Below are positions 32,478 to 41,183 of a DNA stretch of 64,000 nt, one piece after another (position 1 is the stretch's first letter; the number at the start of each line of letters is the position of its first letter). The stretch lies in assembly GCA_049603795.1 (NCBI GenBank), contig JBMYSY010000011.1, forward strand, positions 920 through 64,919, read 5' to 3'. The DNA is from Magnetovibrionaceae bacterium (GTDB lineage Bacteria > Pseudomonadota > Alphaproteobacteria > Rhodospirillales > JBMYSY01). The position numbers and the translations under genes are program-made. The notes below the pieces were generated by a model. It was not told the origin of the DNA, searched no databases, and was given only the letters and a program-made list of their open reading frames with translations.

Positions 32478-32571
32478 GGGCCAAGGTAAATCTTGGGTAA
32501 ACGGGGAAACGGCATGACACGACGTATGGCGTTCGCTGGACGGTGTTTCAGAAAATCCGTAAGATGACGCT

Positions 32572-32799
32572 ATGAACAAGTTGCTCGAACAGGCTTTCGC
32601 GGCAGCCTCCCACCTGTCAGAGGACGGGCAGAAGGAAATCGCGCGCCGGATCATGGATGAGACGAAGCAACTCGCCATCCGAGAAGGCATAGCCGACCTG
32701 GATGCCGGGAGAACAATCGCTCATGAAGAAATGAAAGCCTGGCTGGAAAGCTGGGGCTCTAAAGCCGAGCTTGACCCACCTGCGGTGAAGTCTCGGTAG
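32572..32799 (+). CDS. Type II antitoxin (partner of a ParE/RelE-family toxin)
   Basis: The 75-aa protein has the C-terminal IREGIADLDAGRTIAHEEMKAWLESWG typical of ParD-like antidote proteins. It is immediately followed by a ParE-like reading frame. Confidence 0.7.
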   Translation: MNKLLEQAFAAASHLSEDGQKEIARRIMDETKQLAIREGIADLDAGRTIAHEEMKAWLESWGSKAELDPPAVKSR

Positions 32800-32823
32800 G
32801 CCCGACGGAATTTCGTGTCTGCT

Positions 32824-33117
32824 GTGATCGTGGTCTGGTCCAAAGCTGCTCGCGACAGCCTTCTGGATGTTCGAACTTTTATCGGGCGAGAAAATCCGAA
32901 GGCGGCCTTGCGGCTTGCATAGCGCTTGGTTCGAGCAAGTGAAAGCCTTGCTGATTTCCCGAAGCAAGGCCGTCCGATCGCAGAGTCCAATCTACGGGAA
33001 CTGTTTGTTCCCGGAACGCCCTACCTTTTGGTCTATCGCCTATCGTCAGATATGGTCGAAATCGCTCAAGTTTGGCATGTCGCTCAGCATCGGGGGCCTC
33101 TTGATCAGGCTCCCTGA
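32824..33117 (+). pseudogene. ParE/RelE-family toxin gene interrupted by an in-frame amber codon
   Basis: A single frame reads VIVVWSKAARDSLLDVRTFIGRENPKAALRLA*RLVRASESLADFPKQGRPIAESNLRELFVPGTPYLLVYRLSSDMVEIAQVWHVAQ. The TAG lies at 32920-32922. Both halves fit the ParE pattern. Confidence 0.65.
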
Positions 33118-33193
33118 TGTGGCTCGGGGGTGCCACGGCGGGCGGGTCCGGACTATGCTGTGCTTTCCTTTCTGATTCGAGCCCGTTTCCCCC

Positions 33194-34996
33194 ATGCCGC
33201 AGAGCAAATCCAAACGAAAGAAGCCCAAGAAGAAGGCCCCAGGCGGTGGCACGTCGCCCAAGACCCAGCCGATGATCACGGCCAGCGCGCGCGAGTTGGA
33301 CAGCGGCCAGGGCGGGGAGGCGAAGCTGGCAGAGGCTTTGGAGGCCTTCAACGCCCAAAACTGGCGCCGGGCCCTGACCCTGCTGGGCCATTATCTGAAG
33401 GATCATCCGACCCATCTTAAAGCCAACAAGATGGTCGTCGCCGCCTGGTTCGGGGAAGCGCAGCCGCTGAAGGCCGTCCCCGCCATGCGCATCGTGGCGG
33501 AACAGGAACCGGACAACCTGAACGGGCTGATCCGACTGGCCCATGTTCTGATCGAGGCCAACGAACTGCCGGAAGCCGAGAGCTGGCTGCGAAAGGCACT
33601 GAAACTGGCGCCGGAGAACGCCACCGTGCTGCGGTCTTTGGGGGCGGTCCTGCGCGATACCGGCCAGTTGAAGGAAGCGGTAGAGATCCTGAAGCGCGGC
33701 GTCGCTATCGACCCCCGGCCCTATGATATGGAATCCGGGCTGATCTTCTGTCTCGATTTTGTCCAGGATTCGACAACCGCCGAACAGCAGGCACAGCGAA
33801 GAGCCTGGGTTGATCGCTGGGTCGTGCCCCATGTGACGCCGATGCGCCATGACCCTTCGGGCCAGGTTCCGGATCGGAAGATCCGGGTCGGATATGTCTC
33901 GGGCGATTTCCGGAACCATTCGGCGGCGCGTTGTTTCGGACCGGTCGTCCTGAACCATGACCGGGAATCCTTTGAGGTTCACCTCTATTCGGCTTCCCCC
34001 GTCTACGACGACCTCTCGCAACGTTTTCGCGCCCATGCGGATGGCTGGCATCCGGTATGGCGGCTGAAGGAACAGGAGCTGTTCAGCAAGATCCAGGAAG
34101 ACCGGATCGATATCCTGGTCGATCTTTCCGGGTTCACCCTGGGCAACCGGCTGGGAGCCTTGTCGGGGAGGCCTGCCCCGATCCAGATCACCGCCTGGGG
34201 GCATGCCCATGGCGTCGGCATGCCTTCGATTGATTTCCTGTTTTCCGATCCTGTCTGTGTGCCGGAAGAGGAACGTTCCCTGTTCCCGGAAGAAATCGCC
34301 GACCTTCCCTGCCTGATCAGCTTTGATGCACCGGCGGATGCGCATCACCCGGGTCCTCTGCCGGCCCGGACGCGCGGCTTCGTCACCTTTGGCTGTTTCA
34401 ACCGGATCGTGAAGGTGACCGACGAGAGCCTGGCGCTTTTTGTTCGCGTGTTGGACGCCGTGCCGGACAGTCGGATCGTCTTCAAGGCGGGTGATTTCAG
34501 CAAACCCGGCGTCGTGTCACATTTCCGAACCTTCTTTGCGAAGGCAGGCATTGCGGAGGACCGCGTGACCCTGCTGGGCGACACCGACCGGGCGGAGCAC
34601 CTGGCGGCCATGTCGTCGGTGGATATCGCGCTTGACCCCATCCCGCACGGTGGAGGGGTCACGACCTTCGAGACCCTCTGGCAGGGCGTGCCGGTGGTGT
34701 CGCTCTATGGCAAGTCGGTGCCGGGCCGGGTCTCTGCGGCGATCCTGACCGCCTGCGGTCTGCCGGATTGGGTGGCCGGATCGGAAGACGACTATGTGGC
34801 GCTGGCTGCCGCCAAGGCCCGGGATCGAGAAACCCTCGGGAGTCTGCGCAGTGGCCTGCGCGATCAGGTCGCGTCCTCCGATGCTGTCCGCCCCGGCGCC
34901 TACGTCGCCGCCGTCGAGGCCTCTTACCGCGCCATGTGGCGGCGATACTGCGCGACCGGCAGCCCTCGAAGCCGCCCGCGAGAAGGCCAGGTTTGA
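33194..34996 (+). CDS. TPR-repeat protein with C-terminal GT41 (OGT/SPINDLY-like) glycosyltransferase domain, paralogue 1
   Basis: N-terminal TPRs are followed by the SPINDLY-family pattern: RVGYVSGDFRNHSAA, IDILVDLSGFTLGNRL, RPAPIQITAWGH, FGCFNR, IALDPIPHGGGVTTFETLWQGVPVV. Confidence 0.85.
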   Translation: MPQSKSKRKKPKKKAPGGGTSPKTQPMITASARELDSGQGGEAKLAEALEAFNAQNWRRALTLLGHYLKDHPTHLKANKMVVAAWFGEAQPLKAVPAMRIVAEQEPDNLNGLIRLAHVLIEANELPEAESWLRKALKLAPENATVLRSLGAVLRDTGQLKEAVEILKRGVAIDPRPYDMESGLIFCLDFVQDSTTAEQQAQRRAWVDRWVVPHVTPMRHDPSGQVPDRKIRVGYVSGDFRNHSAARCFGPVVLNHDRESFEVHLYSASPVYDDLSQRFRAHADGWHPVWRLKEQELFSKIQEDRIDILVDLSGFTLGNRLGALSGRPAPIQITAWGHAHGVGMPSIDFLFSDPVCVPEEERSLFPEEIADLPCLISFDAPADAHHPGPLPARTRGFVTFGCFNRIVKVTDESLALFVRVLDAVPDSRIVFKAGDFSKPGVVSHFRTFFAKAGIAEDRVTLLGDTDRAEHLAAMSSVDIALDPIPHGGGVTTFETLWQGVPVVSLYGKSVPGRVSAAILTACGLPDWVAGSEDDYVALAAAKARDRETLGSLRSGLRDQVASSDAVRPGAYVAAVEASYRAMWRRYCATGSPRSRPREGQV

Positions 34997-36657
34997 TGAG
35001 CGATCCGGTACGAGACGCCGCCGTCGAAATCTCTCAATTGATGCAGAAGGGCGACAGCGCCGAGGCCTGTGACCGGGCCGAGTTGCTGGTCGAGGCCCAT
35101 CCCGAGAGCCGGATCGCCCGCCAGGTGGCCGCCGCTGCCGCCCTGCAGGACGAAGATCCGGAAACCGGACTGATTCATCTGCTCTGGCTGCTGAAGCGCG
35201 ATCCCGAAGACGTCGAACGGCTGCGCCAGGTGGCGACCGTGCTTCTGGATATGAAACGCATGGCAAAGGCCGAACCTTACCTGCGCCTAGCAATGGGCAA
35301 GGAGCCGAAGCGCCCGGACCTGCATATCGATCTCGCCCGTTCGCTCGCGTCACAGAAAAAACATGCCGAGGCCGCGCATCACTATCGGGTGGCGATGGAA
35401 CTGGATCCCGACAACGAGATCACGCCGGAGAACCTGATCTTTATCCTGGACTTCATCCCGGAAGAAGACACCGCCCGTCAGCAGTTGGAGCGTCGGCGTT
35501 GGTACGAACGCTTCGTCGAACCCAATGTGGAGGCAAAGACCTATGATCCGGCCGAGGCCGACCCGGACAAGCCGGTGCTTCGCATCGGTTACGTCAGTGG
35601 TGATTTCAAACTGCACTCGGCCGCCCGGATTTTCGGGCCCATGATCCGGGACTACGACCGTGAGCGGTTCGAGGTCTATTGCTATCACACCGAACCGGAC
35701 GAGGACGAAGAGACCGAACGCTACCAGGCGGCGGCAACAGAATTCCGTATGGTCAGCCAGTACGACTATGGCGGCCTGACCAATCTGATCCGCAGGGATG
35801 CCCCTGATATCCTGGTGGACCTGTCCACCTTCACCCGCGGCGGTCGGCTCGAGACCTTCGCCCGCCGAGCGGCCCCGGTGCAGATTTCCGCCTGGGGCCA
35901 TTGCCATGGGACCGGCCTGCCGACCATGGACTATCTGTTTTCGGATAAAAACTGCATTCCGGCGGAAGAGCGATCGCTGTTTTCCGAGACCATCGTCGAT
36001 CTGCCTTGCGTGATTACCTTCGCGCCCGAAGACGGCCTGCCCGATGTGTCGGATGCCCCCTTCCGGCGAAACGGATACATCACTTTCGGTAGCTTCAACC
36101 GTATGGAAAAGCTGACAGCCGAATCCCTGGCGCTCTGGTGCCGGGTGCTGGCGGCGGTGCCGGGGTCGAGGCTGCTGTTGAAGGCGGGTGGGTTCGAGAC
36201 GGCTGTCGAGCGGGACCGGGTCTGGCAGGCTCTCCAGTCCGCCGGACTGGATCCCAATCGGGTGACCATGGCCGGCAGCACGGAACGCGACATCCATCTG
36301 ACCGCCATGAGCGACTGCGACATCGGTCTGGACACCTATCCCCATGGCGGCGGCATGACCACCTGCGAGATGCTCTGGATGGGCGTACCCGTGATCGCTT
36401 TGCGCGGCCGGGCGGTCGCGGGGCGGGTCTCGTCTTCGGTTTTGAGCACCCTCGGACTGGATGACCTTGTCGCGGATCATCCCGACACTTACGTTTCCGC
36501 TGCACAGGCCCTGGCGGCAGATCCTGATCGCCTTTTGGACTTGCGCCGTGAAATGCGGTCACGGATGACCACTTCGCCGCTTCTGGGTATCGAGCGCTAT
36601 GTGCGCGCGGTGGAAGACATCTACTTCAGGCTCTGGCGCGACTGGGCCGCGGGTTGA
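34996..36657 (+). CDS. TPR-repeat protein with GT41-like glycosyltransferase domain, paralogue 2
   Basis: ATG 34996 overlaps the upstream stop (TGATG). It shows the same motif series: RIGYVSGDFKLHSAA, PDILVDLSTFTRGGRL, RAAPVQISAWGH, FGSFNR, IGLDTYPHGGGMTTCEMLWMGVPV. Confidence 0.85.
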   Translation: MSDPVRDAAVEISQLMQKGDSAEACDRAELLVEAHPESRIARQVAAAAALQDEDPETGLIHLLWLLKRDPEDVERLRQVATVLLDMKRMAKAEPYLRLAMGKEPKRPDLHIDLARSLASQKKHAEAAHHYRVAMELDPDNEITPENLIFILDFIPEEDTARQQLERRRWYERFVEPNVEAKTYDPAEADPDKPVLRIGYVSGDFKLHSAARIFGPMIRDYDRERFEVYCYHTEPDEDEETERYQAAATEFRMVSQYDYGGLTNLIRRDAPDILVDLSTFTRGGRLETFARRAAPVQISAWGHCHGTGLPTMDYLFSDKNCIPAEERSLFSETIVDLPCVITFAPEDGLPDVSDAPFRRNGYITFGSFNRMEKLTAESLALWCRVLAAVPGSRLLLKAGGFETAVERDRVWQALQSAGLDPNRVTMAGSTERDIHLTAMSDCDIGLDTYPHGGGMTTCEMLWMGVPVIALRGRAVAGRVSSSVLSTLGLDDLVADHPDTYVSAAQALAADPDRLLDLRREMRSRMTTSPLLGIERYVRAVEDIYFRLWRDWAAG

Positions 36658-36685
36658 CGACAAAAACAAGGAAAAGAGACCGATC

Positions 36686-37453
36686 ATGAGCGACCAGGCA
36701 CCCCTGAACCGGGCGGAACGACGCAGGCGCGAACGCGAGGCCCGCAGGCTGGCGAAGCGCGACCAGGTGCCGCTCAAGGTGCTCTATCAGGATGCCATGC
36801 GCTTTCTCCAGGGCGGCGAGTTGGACCAGGCCGAAGCCCTGTTCCGGGATTTGTTGGACAAACAGCCGGGAGACCCGGGCCTGAACCAGATGCTCGGCAT
36901 TACCATGCTGCAAGCGGGCCGCTATGAAGAGGCACTGGAATGCTTTGACGAGGTCTTGGCCGTCGATCCGGGCTCTTTCGCCGTGATCGAAAACAAGGGC
37001 ATCACGCTGAAGGAACTAGGACGCCTGGAAGAGGCCAAGGTCTTGTTCGAGAAGGGCTTGGAAATTCGCCCTGATTCGACCGAAGCCCAGAACAATCTCG
37101 GCACCGCCCTGCACGATCTGGGTGATTTGGAAGGGGCGGGAGAAGCCTACCGACGCGCGTTGAAAGGGGCCTGGGGCTATGCCGACGCGCACTACAATCT
37201 CGGCCGCCTCTGTCGTGAACAAGGAGAGCCGGAAAAGGCCCTGGCCAGTCTCCACGAGGCTCTTCGCACCAAGCCCGATTGGATCGACGCCGGTATGGAG
37301 GTCGCGCGATCCCTGGCCGATCTCGGCCGTTTCGAGGTGGCCTTGGGCGAAATCGAAAAATGGTGTGAACGAGCCCCGGAGCACCAGCCCGTTCTGGATT
37401 TGCGCGATGAGATCAAACAGCGGGCAGAGGCACCGTCTACCGTTTTGAATTAG
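36686..37453 (+). CDS. TPR-repeat protein (no catalytic domain)
   Basis: The 255-aa protein from ATG 36686 has a basic N-terminus (RAERRRREREARRLAKR) followed by about six TPR units. Confidence 0.75.
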   Translation: MSDQAPLNRAERRRREREARRLAKRDQVPLKVLYQDAMRFLQGGELDQAEALFRDLLDKQPGDPGLNQMLGITMLQAGRYEEALECFDEVLAVDPGSFAVIENKGITLKELGRLEEAKVLFEKGLEIRPDSTEAQNNLGTALHDLGDLEGAGEAYRRALKGAWGYADAHYNLGRLCREQGEPEKALASLHEALRTKPDWIDAGMEVARSLADLGRFEVALGEIEKWCERAPEHQPVLDLRDEIKQRAEAPSTVLN

Positions 37454-37470
37454 AGCCCGGAGGAGGATCC

Positions 37471-38400
37471 TTGTCGGAAACCATCGATACGGAACTGTTG
37501 CGGGCTTTCGTGACCGTGGTGGATGCGGGTGGTTTCTCCCAGGCTGCCGAGCGGCTGATGCGGGGGCAGTCTGCGGTCTCCCTCCAGATCAAGCGTTTGG
37601 AAACCCACTTGGGTGTGAAAGTGCTCGACCGCGGGCCGCGTCATGTCGTGTTGACGACCGAAGGCGAGATGATCCTTGATCGGGCGAGACGTATTCTGCA
37701 GCTCTCCGAAGAACTGGTGGCACGGGCGCGCGAACCGGAGCTGGCCGGACTGGTTCGCCTTGGTGCGCCGGAGGATTTCGCTTCCAGCCATTTGGCCGAG
37801 GTTTTGGCCCGCTTCTCCCGCGCCCATCCGAAGGTGGCGCTCGAGGTGACCTGCGAGTTGACCCTGGATCTGCTGAAGCGGTTCAGCGATGGCGGCCTCG
37901 ACCTCGCCTTGATCAAGCGCGAACCCGCTGGTCCGGCGAGACCTCGGAAGGCGGCAAAACCTGGGGGCGACAAAGAGAGCGACGGCGTCCGTGTCTGGCG
38001 CGAACCCCTGGTGTGGGTGGCGGACAAACGTCCCGAACCCTCTGGCGCAGATGAAAACCAGTTGGAAGCGCTTCCCCTGGTGGTCTCGCCCCGGCCCTGT
38101 GTCTACCGAAAGCGCGCGACGGATGCCCTGGACGCTGCTGGGCGACCCTGGCGGATCGCCTATACTTGCGCTTCGCTTGCGGGAACCCAGGCGGCAGTGC
38201 GCGCGGGCCTGGGGCTGAGCGTCTTGCCGAAAGACATGGTCCCGTCTGATCTGGCCATTCTCAGTGAAGAAAGCCTTGGCCTGCCCCAACTGGAAGACAC
38301 TGAAATCGCCCTGATCGAGGCGGCGGGCCTGACCGCACCGGCTGTCCGGATGCGGGACTATATCGTTCGGCAACTCGAGTTGGGGCCAGCCAGAGATTGA
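37471..38400 (+). CDS. LysR-family transcriptional regulator
   Basis: It has the N-terminal wHTH LRAFVTVVDAGGFSQAAERLMRGQSAVSLQIKRLE and a LysR substrate-binding domain. It starts at TTG. Confidence 0.88.
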   Translation: MSETIDTELLRAFVTVVDAGGFSQAAERLMRGQSAVSLQIKRLETHLGVKVLDRGPRHVVLTTEGEMILDRARRILQLSEELVARAREPELAGLVRLGAPEDFASSHLAEVLARFSRAHPKVALEVTCELTLDLLKRFSDGGLDLALIKREPAGPARPRKAAKPGGDKESDGVRVWREPLVWVADKRPEPSGADENQLEALPLVVSPRPCVYRKRATDALDAAGRPWRIAYTCASLAGTQAAVRAGLGLSVLPKDMVPSDLAILSEESLGLPQLEDTEIALIEAAGLTAPAVRMRDYIVRQLELGPARD

Positions 38401-38413
38401 AACCTCGGCAAAG

Positions 38414-38440
38414 AAAAACGCCCCGGCGTCGGCCGGGGCG
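38414..38440 (-). terminator. Rho-independent terminator after flgE (shared hairpin with convergent lysR-type gene)
   Basis: It has a perfect 9-bp GC stem CGCCCCGGC-GTCG-GCCGGGGCG. An A5 run on the plus strand gives a U5 tail on the minus strand. Confidence 0.75.
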
Positions 38441-38477
38441 TAAGGGGTGAGAAAAGGTCTGCTGAAAGGGGTCAGGC

Positions 38478-40217
38478 TTATCGCTTGATCCGGACCAGCT
38501 CTTCCAGCATTTCGTCTGTGGTCGAAATCACCTTGGCCGCTGCGGAATAGGCCCGCTGCACCACGATCATGTTGGTGAATTCTTCCCCGATGTCCACGGT
38601 GGAGGCCTCCAAGGCACCTTGGATGGTCTGACCGGCGGAGCCGTTATCGGCCACCCGCAGGGTATAGTCGCCAGAGGCCTCGGTTGAGTTCCAGACGTTA
38701 CCCGTCCGGCTTTCCAGCCCGTTCGGGTTCACGAAGGTCGCAACCGGGATCTGGAATACCGTTCGGGTTTCCCCGTTGTCGAACAGCGCGGTCACCAGCC
38801 CCGAGGTATCCACCGTCACACCGGCGAAGGTCCCGAACTGCGATCCGTTCTGCTGAATGAAGATCGGGGTGAAGTCCCCACCGAACTGGGTCAAGCCGTT
38901 GGCTTCCGAGGTGTCCCCGAAGTCCAGCGCGATCTTGGCGACATCCGTTACACCGTCCGCGTTGAGGTCGGTGTTGTTGAAGTCCGCCGCACCATTGGTG
39001 AAGTTGTGCAGGGAGAGCACGGTCGGTTCGATTGCGCCCGGCAATCCATCGGCCTGGAACACGAACGAACTGGTGGTCGTAGCCGTGATTTGGGGCACCG
39101 TGAAGTTGTTGGTCGCCTGGCCCTGCTTCGTGGCAATCCCGGTGGAACCCGAAATCGTCAGGCCGGTCAGGCCGCTGAAGGCCATGCTGCCGGTGCCGTT
39201 TTCTTCAAAGATGATGGTCGTTGCCGTCCCATCCTTTGCCGCAAATCGCGAACCGGCAAAGTCGGTGTTGAGTTCCGTGATCAGGTCACTGACCACTTGG
39301 GCCAGGGTGGCACCGTTGGTCGAGATGATGTTATCCGACGTTGTGGTATTGGCACCGGTCGTGAAGGTGTAAACCGAACCGCCGATGGTGACCGTTGCAC
39401 CCGTCCCCGGGATCCCTGTGAACTCCAACTGACCGATCGCCATGACCACCTGACTGGAGGCATTTTCCAGCGTCGCATAGGCCACGCCCAGCGGCGGCTC
39501 GGCGGTCAGGTTCCATTCGTTCGCCGTCGACGTCTTGGTGTATTCGAACGACATCGTATTCGCCGTGCCAAGGGTGTCGAAGAACTGAACGTCCGTCTTC
39601 TGGTAGCCGGCCTGTGTGGTCGGGTTCGGCAGCGAAGAGTCATAGGGGTCCGCCGTCGCCGGCAGGTTCGCGCCTACGCCGATCGAGGTCGTCTCTGCCG
39701 CCGTACCGCCAACCCGGTTCAGGTTGATCGATTCCAGATAATCGGTCGAGATGATGTTCTGGTTGGCAATCGAGAGGCTTTCGTTCGCCGGGGTGACGTT
39801 GCCGCTGGCGTCCGTCGGCCAACCCTGCAGGAAGAACCCCTGGGAGTTCTGCAGGAAGCCTTCGTCGTTCAGCCGGAACGAACCGGATCGGGTGAACAGG
39901 AACTCGTTCGAAATCCCCGGCTGGGAGGCTTCGTTGACAACGAAGAAACCCTGGCCGGAAACCGCGAAGTCCGTCGATGACGACGAGGCCTGAAGCAAGC
40001 CTTGGATGTCCGCGTTCTGCCGGGGCCTGGATTGCACACCACCAGCGGAATAGAAGGTCGCCGAGGTCTGGGTGGTTACCAGGGTCTGAAAGTTGACCGT
40101 GGTTCCCTTGAACCCCACCGTGGAGACGTTCGTGATGTTATCTGAGATGGCGCCCATGGCGCTGGATTGCGCCTGCAGGCCGGACACCCCCGAAAACAAT
40201 GCACCATAGAGTGACAT
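38478..40217 (-). CDS. flgE: Flagellar hook protein FlgE
   Basis: The N-terminus MSLYGALFSGVSGLQAQSSAMGAISDNITNVSTVGFK and the C-terminus EEFTNMIVVQRAYSAAAKVISTTDEMLEELV are the conserved rod/hook terminal helices. It is 579 aa. Confidence 0.93.
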   Translation of the reverse strand: MSLYGALFSGVSGLQAQSSAMGAISDNITNVSTVGFKGTTVNFQTLVTTQTSATFYSAGGVQSRPRQNADIQGLLQASSSSTDFAVSGQGFFVVNEASQPGISNEFLFTRSGSFRLNDEGFLQNSQGFFLQGWPTDASGNVTPANESLSIANQNIISTDYLESINLNRVGGTAAETTSIGVGANLPATADPYDSSLPNPTTQAGYQKTDVQFFDTLGTANTMSFEYTKTSTANEWNLTAEPPLGVAYATLENASSQVVMAIGQLEFTGIPGTGATVTIGGSVYTFTTGANTTTSDNIISTNGATLAQVVSDLITELNTDFAGSRFAAKDGTATTIIFEENGTGSMAFSGLTGLTISGSTGIATKQGQATNNFTVPQITATTTSSFVFQADGLPGAIEPTVLSLHNFTNGAADFNNTDLNADGVTDVAKIALDFGDTSEANGLTQFGGDFTPIFIQQNGSQFGTFAGVTVDTSGLVTALFDNGETRTVFQIPVATFVNPNGLESRTGNVWNSTEASGDYTLRVADNGSAGQTIQGALEASTVDIGEEFTNMIVVQRAYSAAAKVISTTDEMLEELVRIKR

Positions 40218-40434
40218 AACCTTTTCTCCTTCACCGGGCCGGGCCGCGCTTGCTCAACGCGCCGTCCCTGAATTCCGTGTTGGCGGGCTGACCTTCTTGT
40301 CGGGTTCCGCCGCCGACGCATACCCATTCAATCCTTCTGTTTGATTTGCCCGAGTGGCTGTTTTCGCTCTCCCGGGCGGCGGCCTTCTGGCCACCTTTAA
40401 GCTGCACGTCTCTTCTGACTGACTGTCTGTCTGT

Positions 40435-41133
40435 CTATTCTTCGGCGTCGAGTTGCGGCACGTTGTATTCCTGCACCGCCAGGACATCCGCCTGGTCGAC
40501 CACGATGGAGCCCATCGACAGGGTGACGTTTCCGTTCTCGGATCCCGCCCCGGTCACCTTGCCGGTCACGGTGGTCGTCACGTCCATTGGCTCCCGGTCG
40601 GCATTGATCGGGCTGACGATCAATTGATAGGCCCCGTCGTCCAGTTGCTGACCGCCATTGGTCTTGCCGTCCCAAACCACGGCATGAGTGCCGGCAGAGG
40701 TATTGCCGTCGACCGAGTAGTAGATCGTCCCATCCGGCCCGGCGATGGAGACGGTGGTCGCCTCCGCGTTGGTATCCAGCGTGTAGGTGAACTGGGCGAC
40801 ACCATCTTCGAGGGGCAACTCGTCGCCGACGGCGGTGATGGCATTGCCGATGTAGTTCACCATGTCGGCGATCTGGGTGTTCTGGTTCAGGCCGATCAGC
40901 GTTTCCAGGTTCGAGTTGGTGTGGATCGCCTGTTCAACGCCCGCGAAGGCGACCAACTGGGCCGTGAACTCGTTGGCGTCCATCGGGTCCAGCGGGTCCT
41001 GGTTCTGCAGCTGGGTGACCAGCAGGGTGAGGAACTGGTTCAGGTCCTCTTCCAGCTGTTGCTGATCCTGCGTCGCCTGGGTGCCGGTCGCATTCGATTG
41101 GGTCGCCGACAGACTGTTTCCGATGATAGGCAT
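40435..41133 (-). CDS. flgD: Flagellar hook capping/assembly protein FlgD
   Basis: It has the FLTLLVTQLQNQDPLDPMDANEFTAQLVAFAGVEQ signature and a C-terminal FlgD Ig-like region. Confidence 0.92.
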   Translation of the reverse strand: MPIIGNSLSATQSNATGTQATQDQQQLEEDLNQFLTLLVTQLQNQDPLDPMDANEFTAQLVAFAGVEQAIHTNSNLETLIGLNQNTQIADMVNYIGNAITAVGDELPLEDGVAQFTYTLDTNAEATTVSIAGPDGTIYYSVDGNTSAGTHAVVWDGKTNGGQQLDDGAYQLIVSPINADREPMDVTTTVTGKVTGAGSENGNVTLSMGSIVVDQADVLAVQEYNVPQLDAEE

Positions 41134-41183
41134 GATCCTGCACTCACATGGTTAAGGGTTGATCCGATGGGGGAACCTGGCCG

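Noticed and set aside
40378-40393. TGGCCA-GAAGG-CCGCC (minus strand) in the flgD-flgE spacer, as a sigma54 promoter for flgE.
   Set aside because: The GG-N10-GC spacing fits, but the -12 box lacks TTGC. In GC-rich DNA this is expected by chance.
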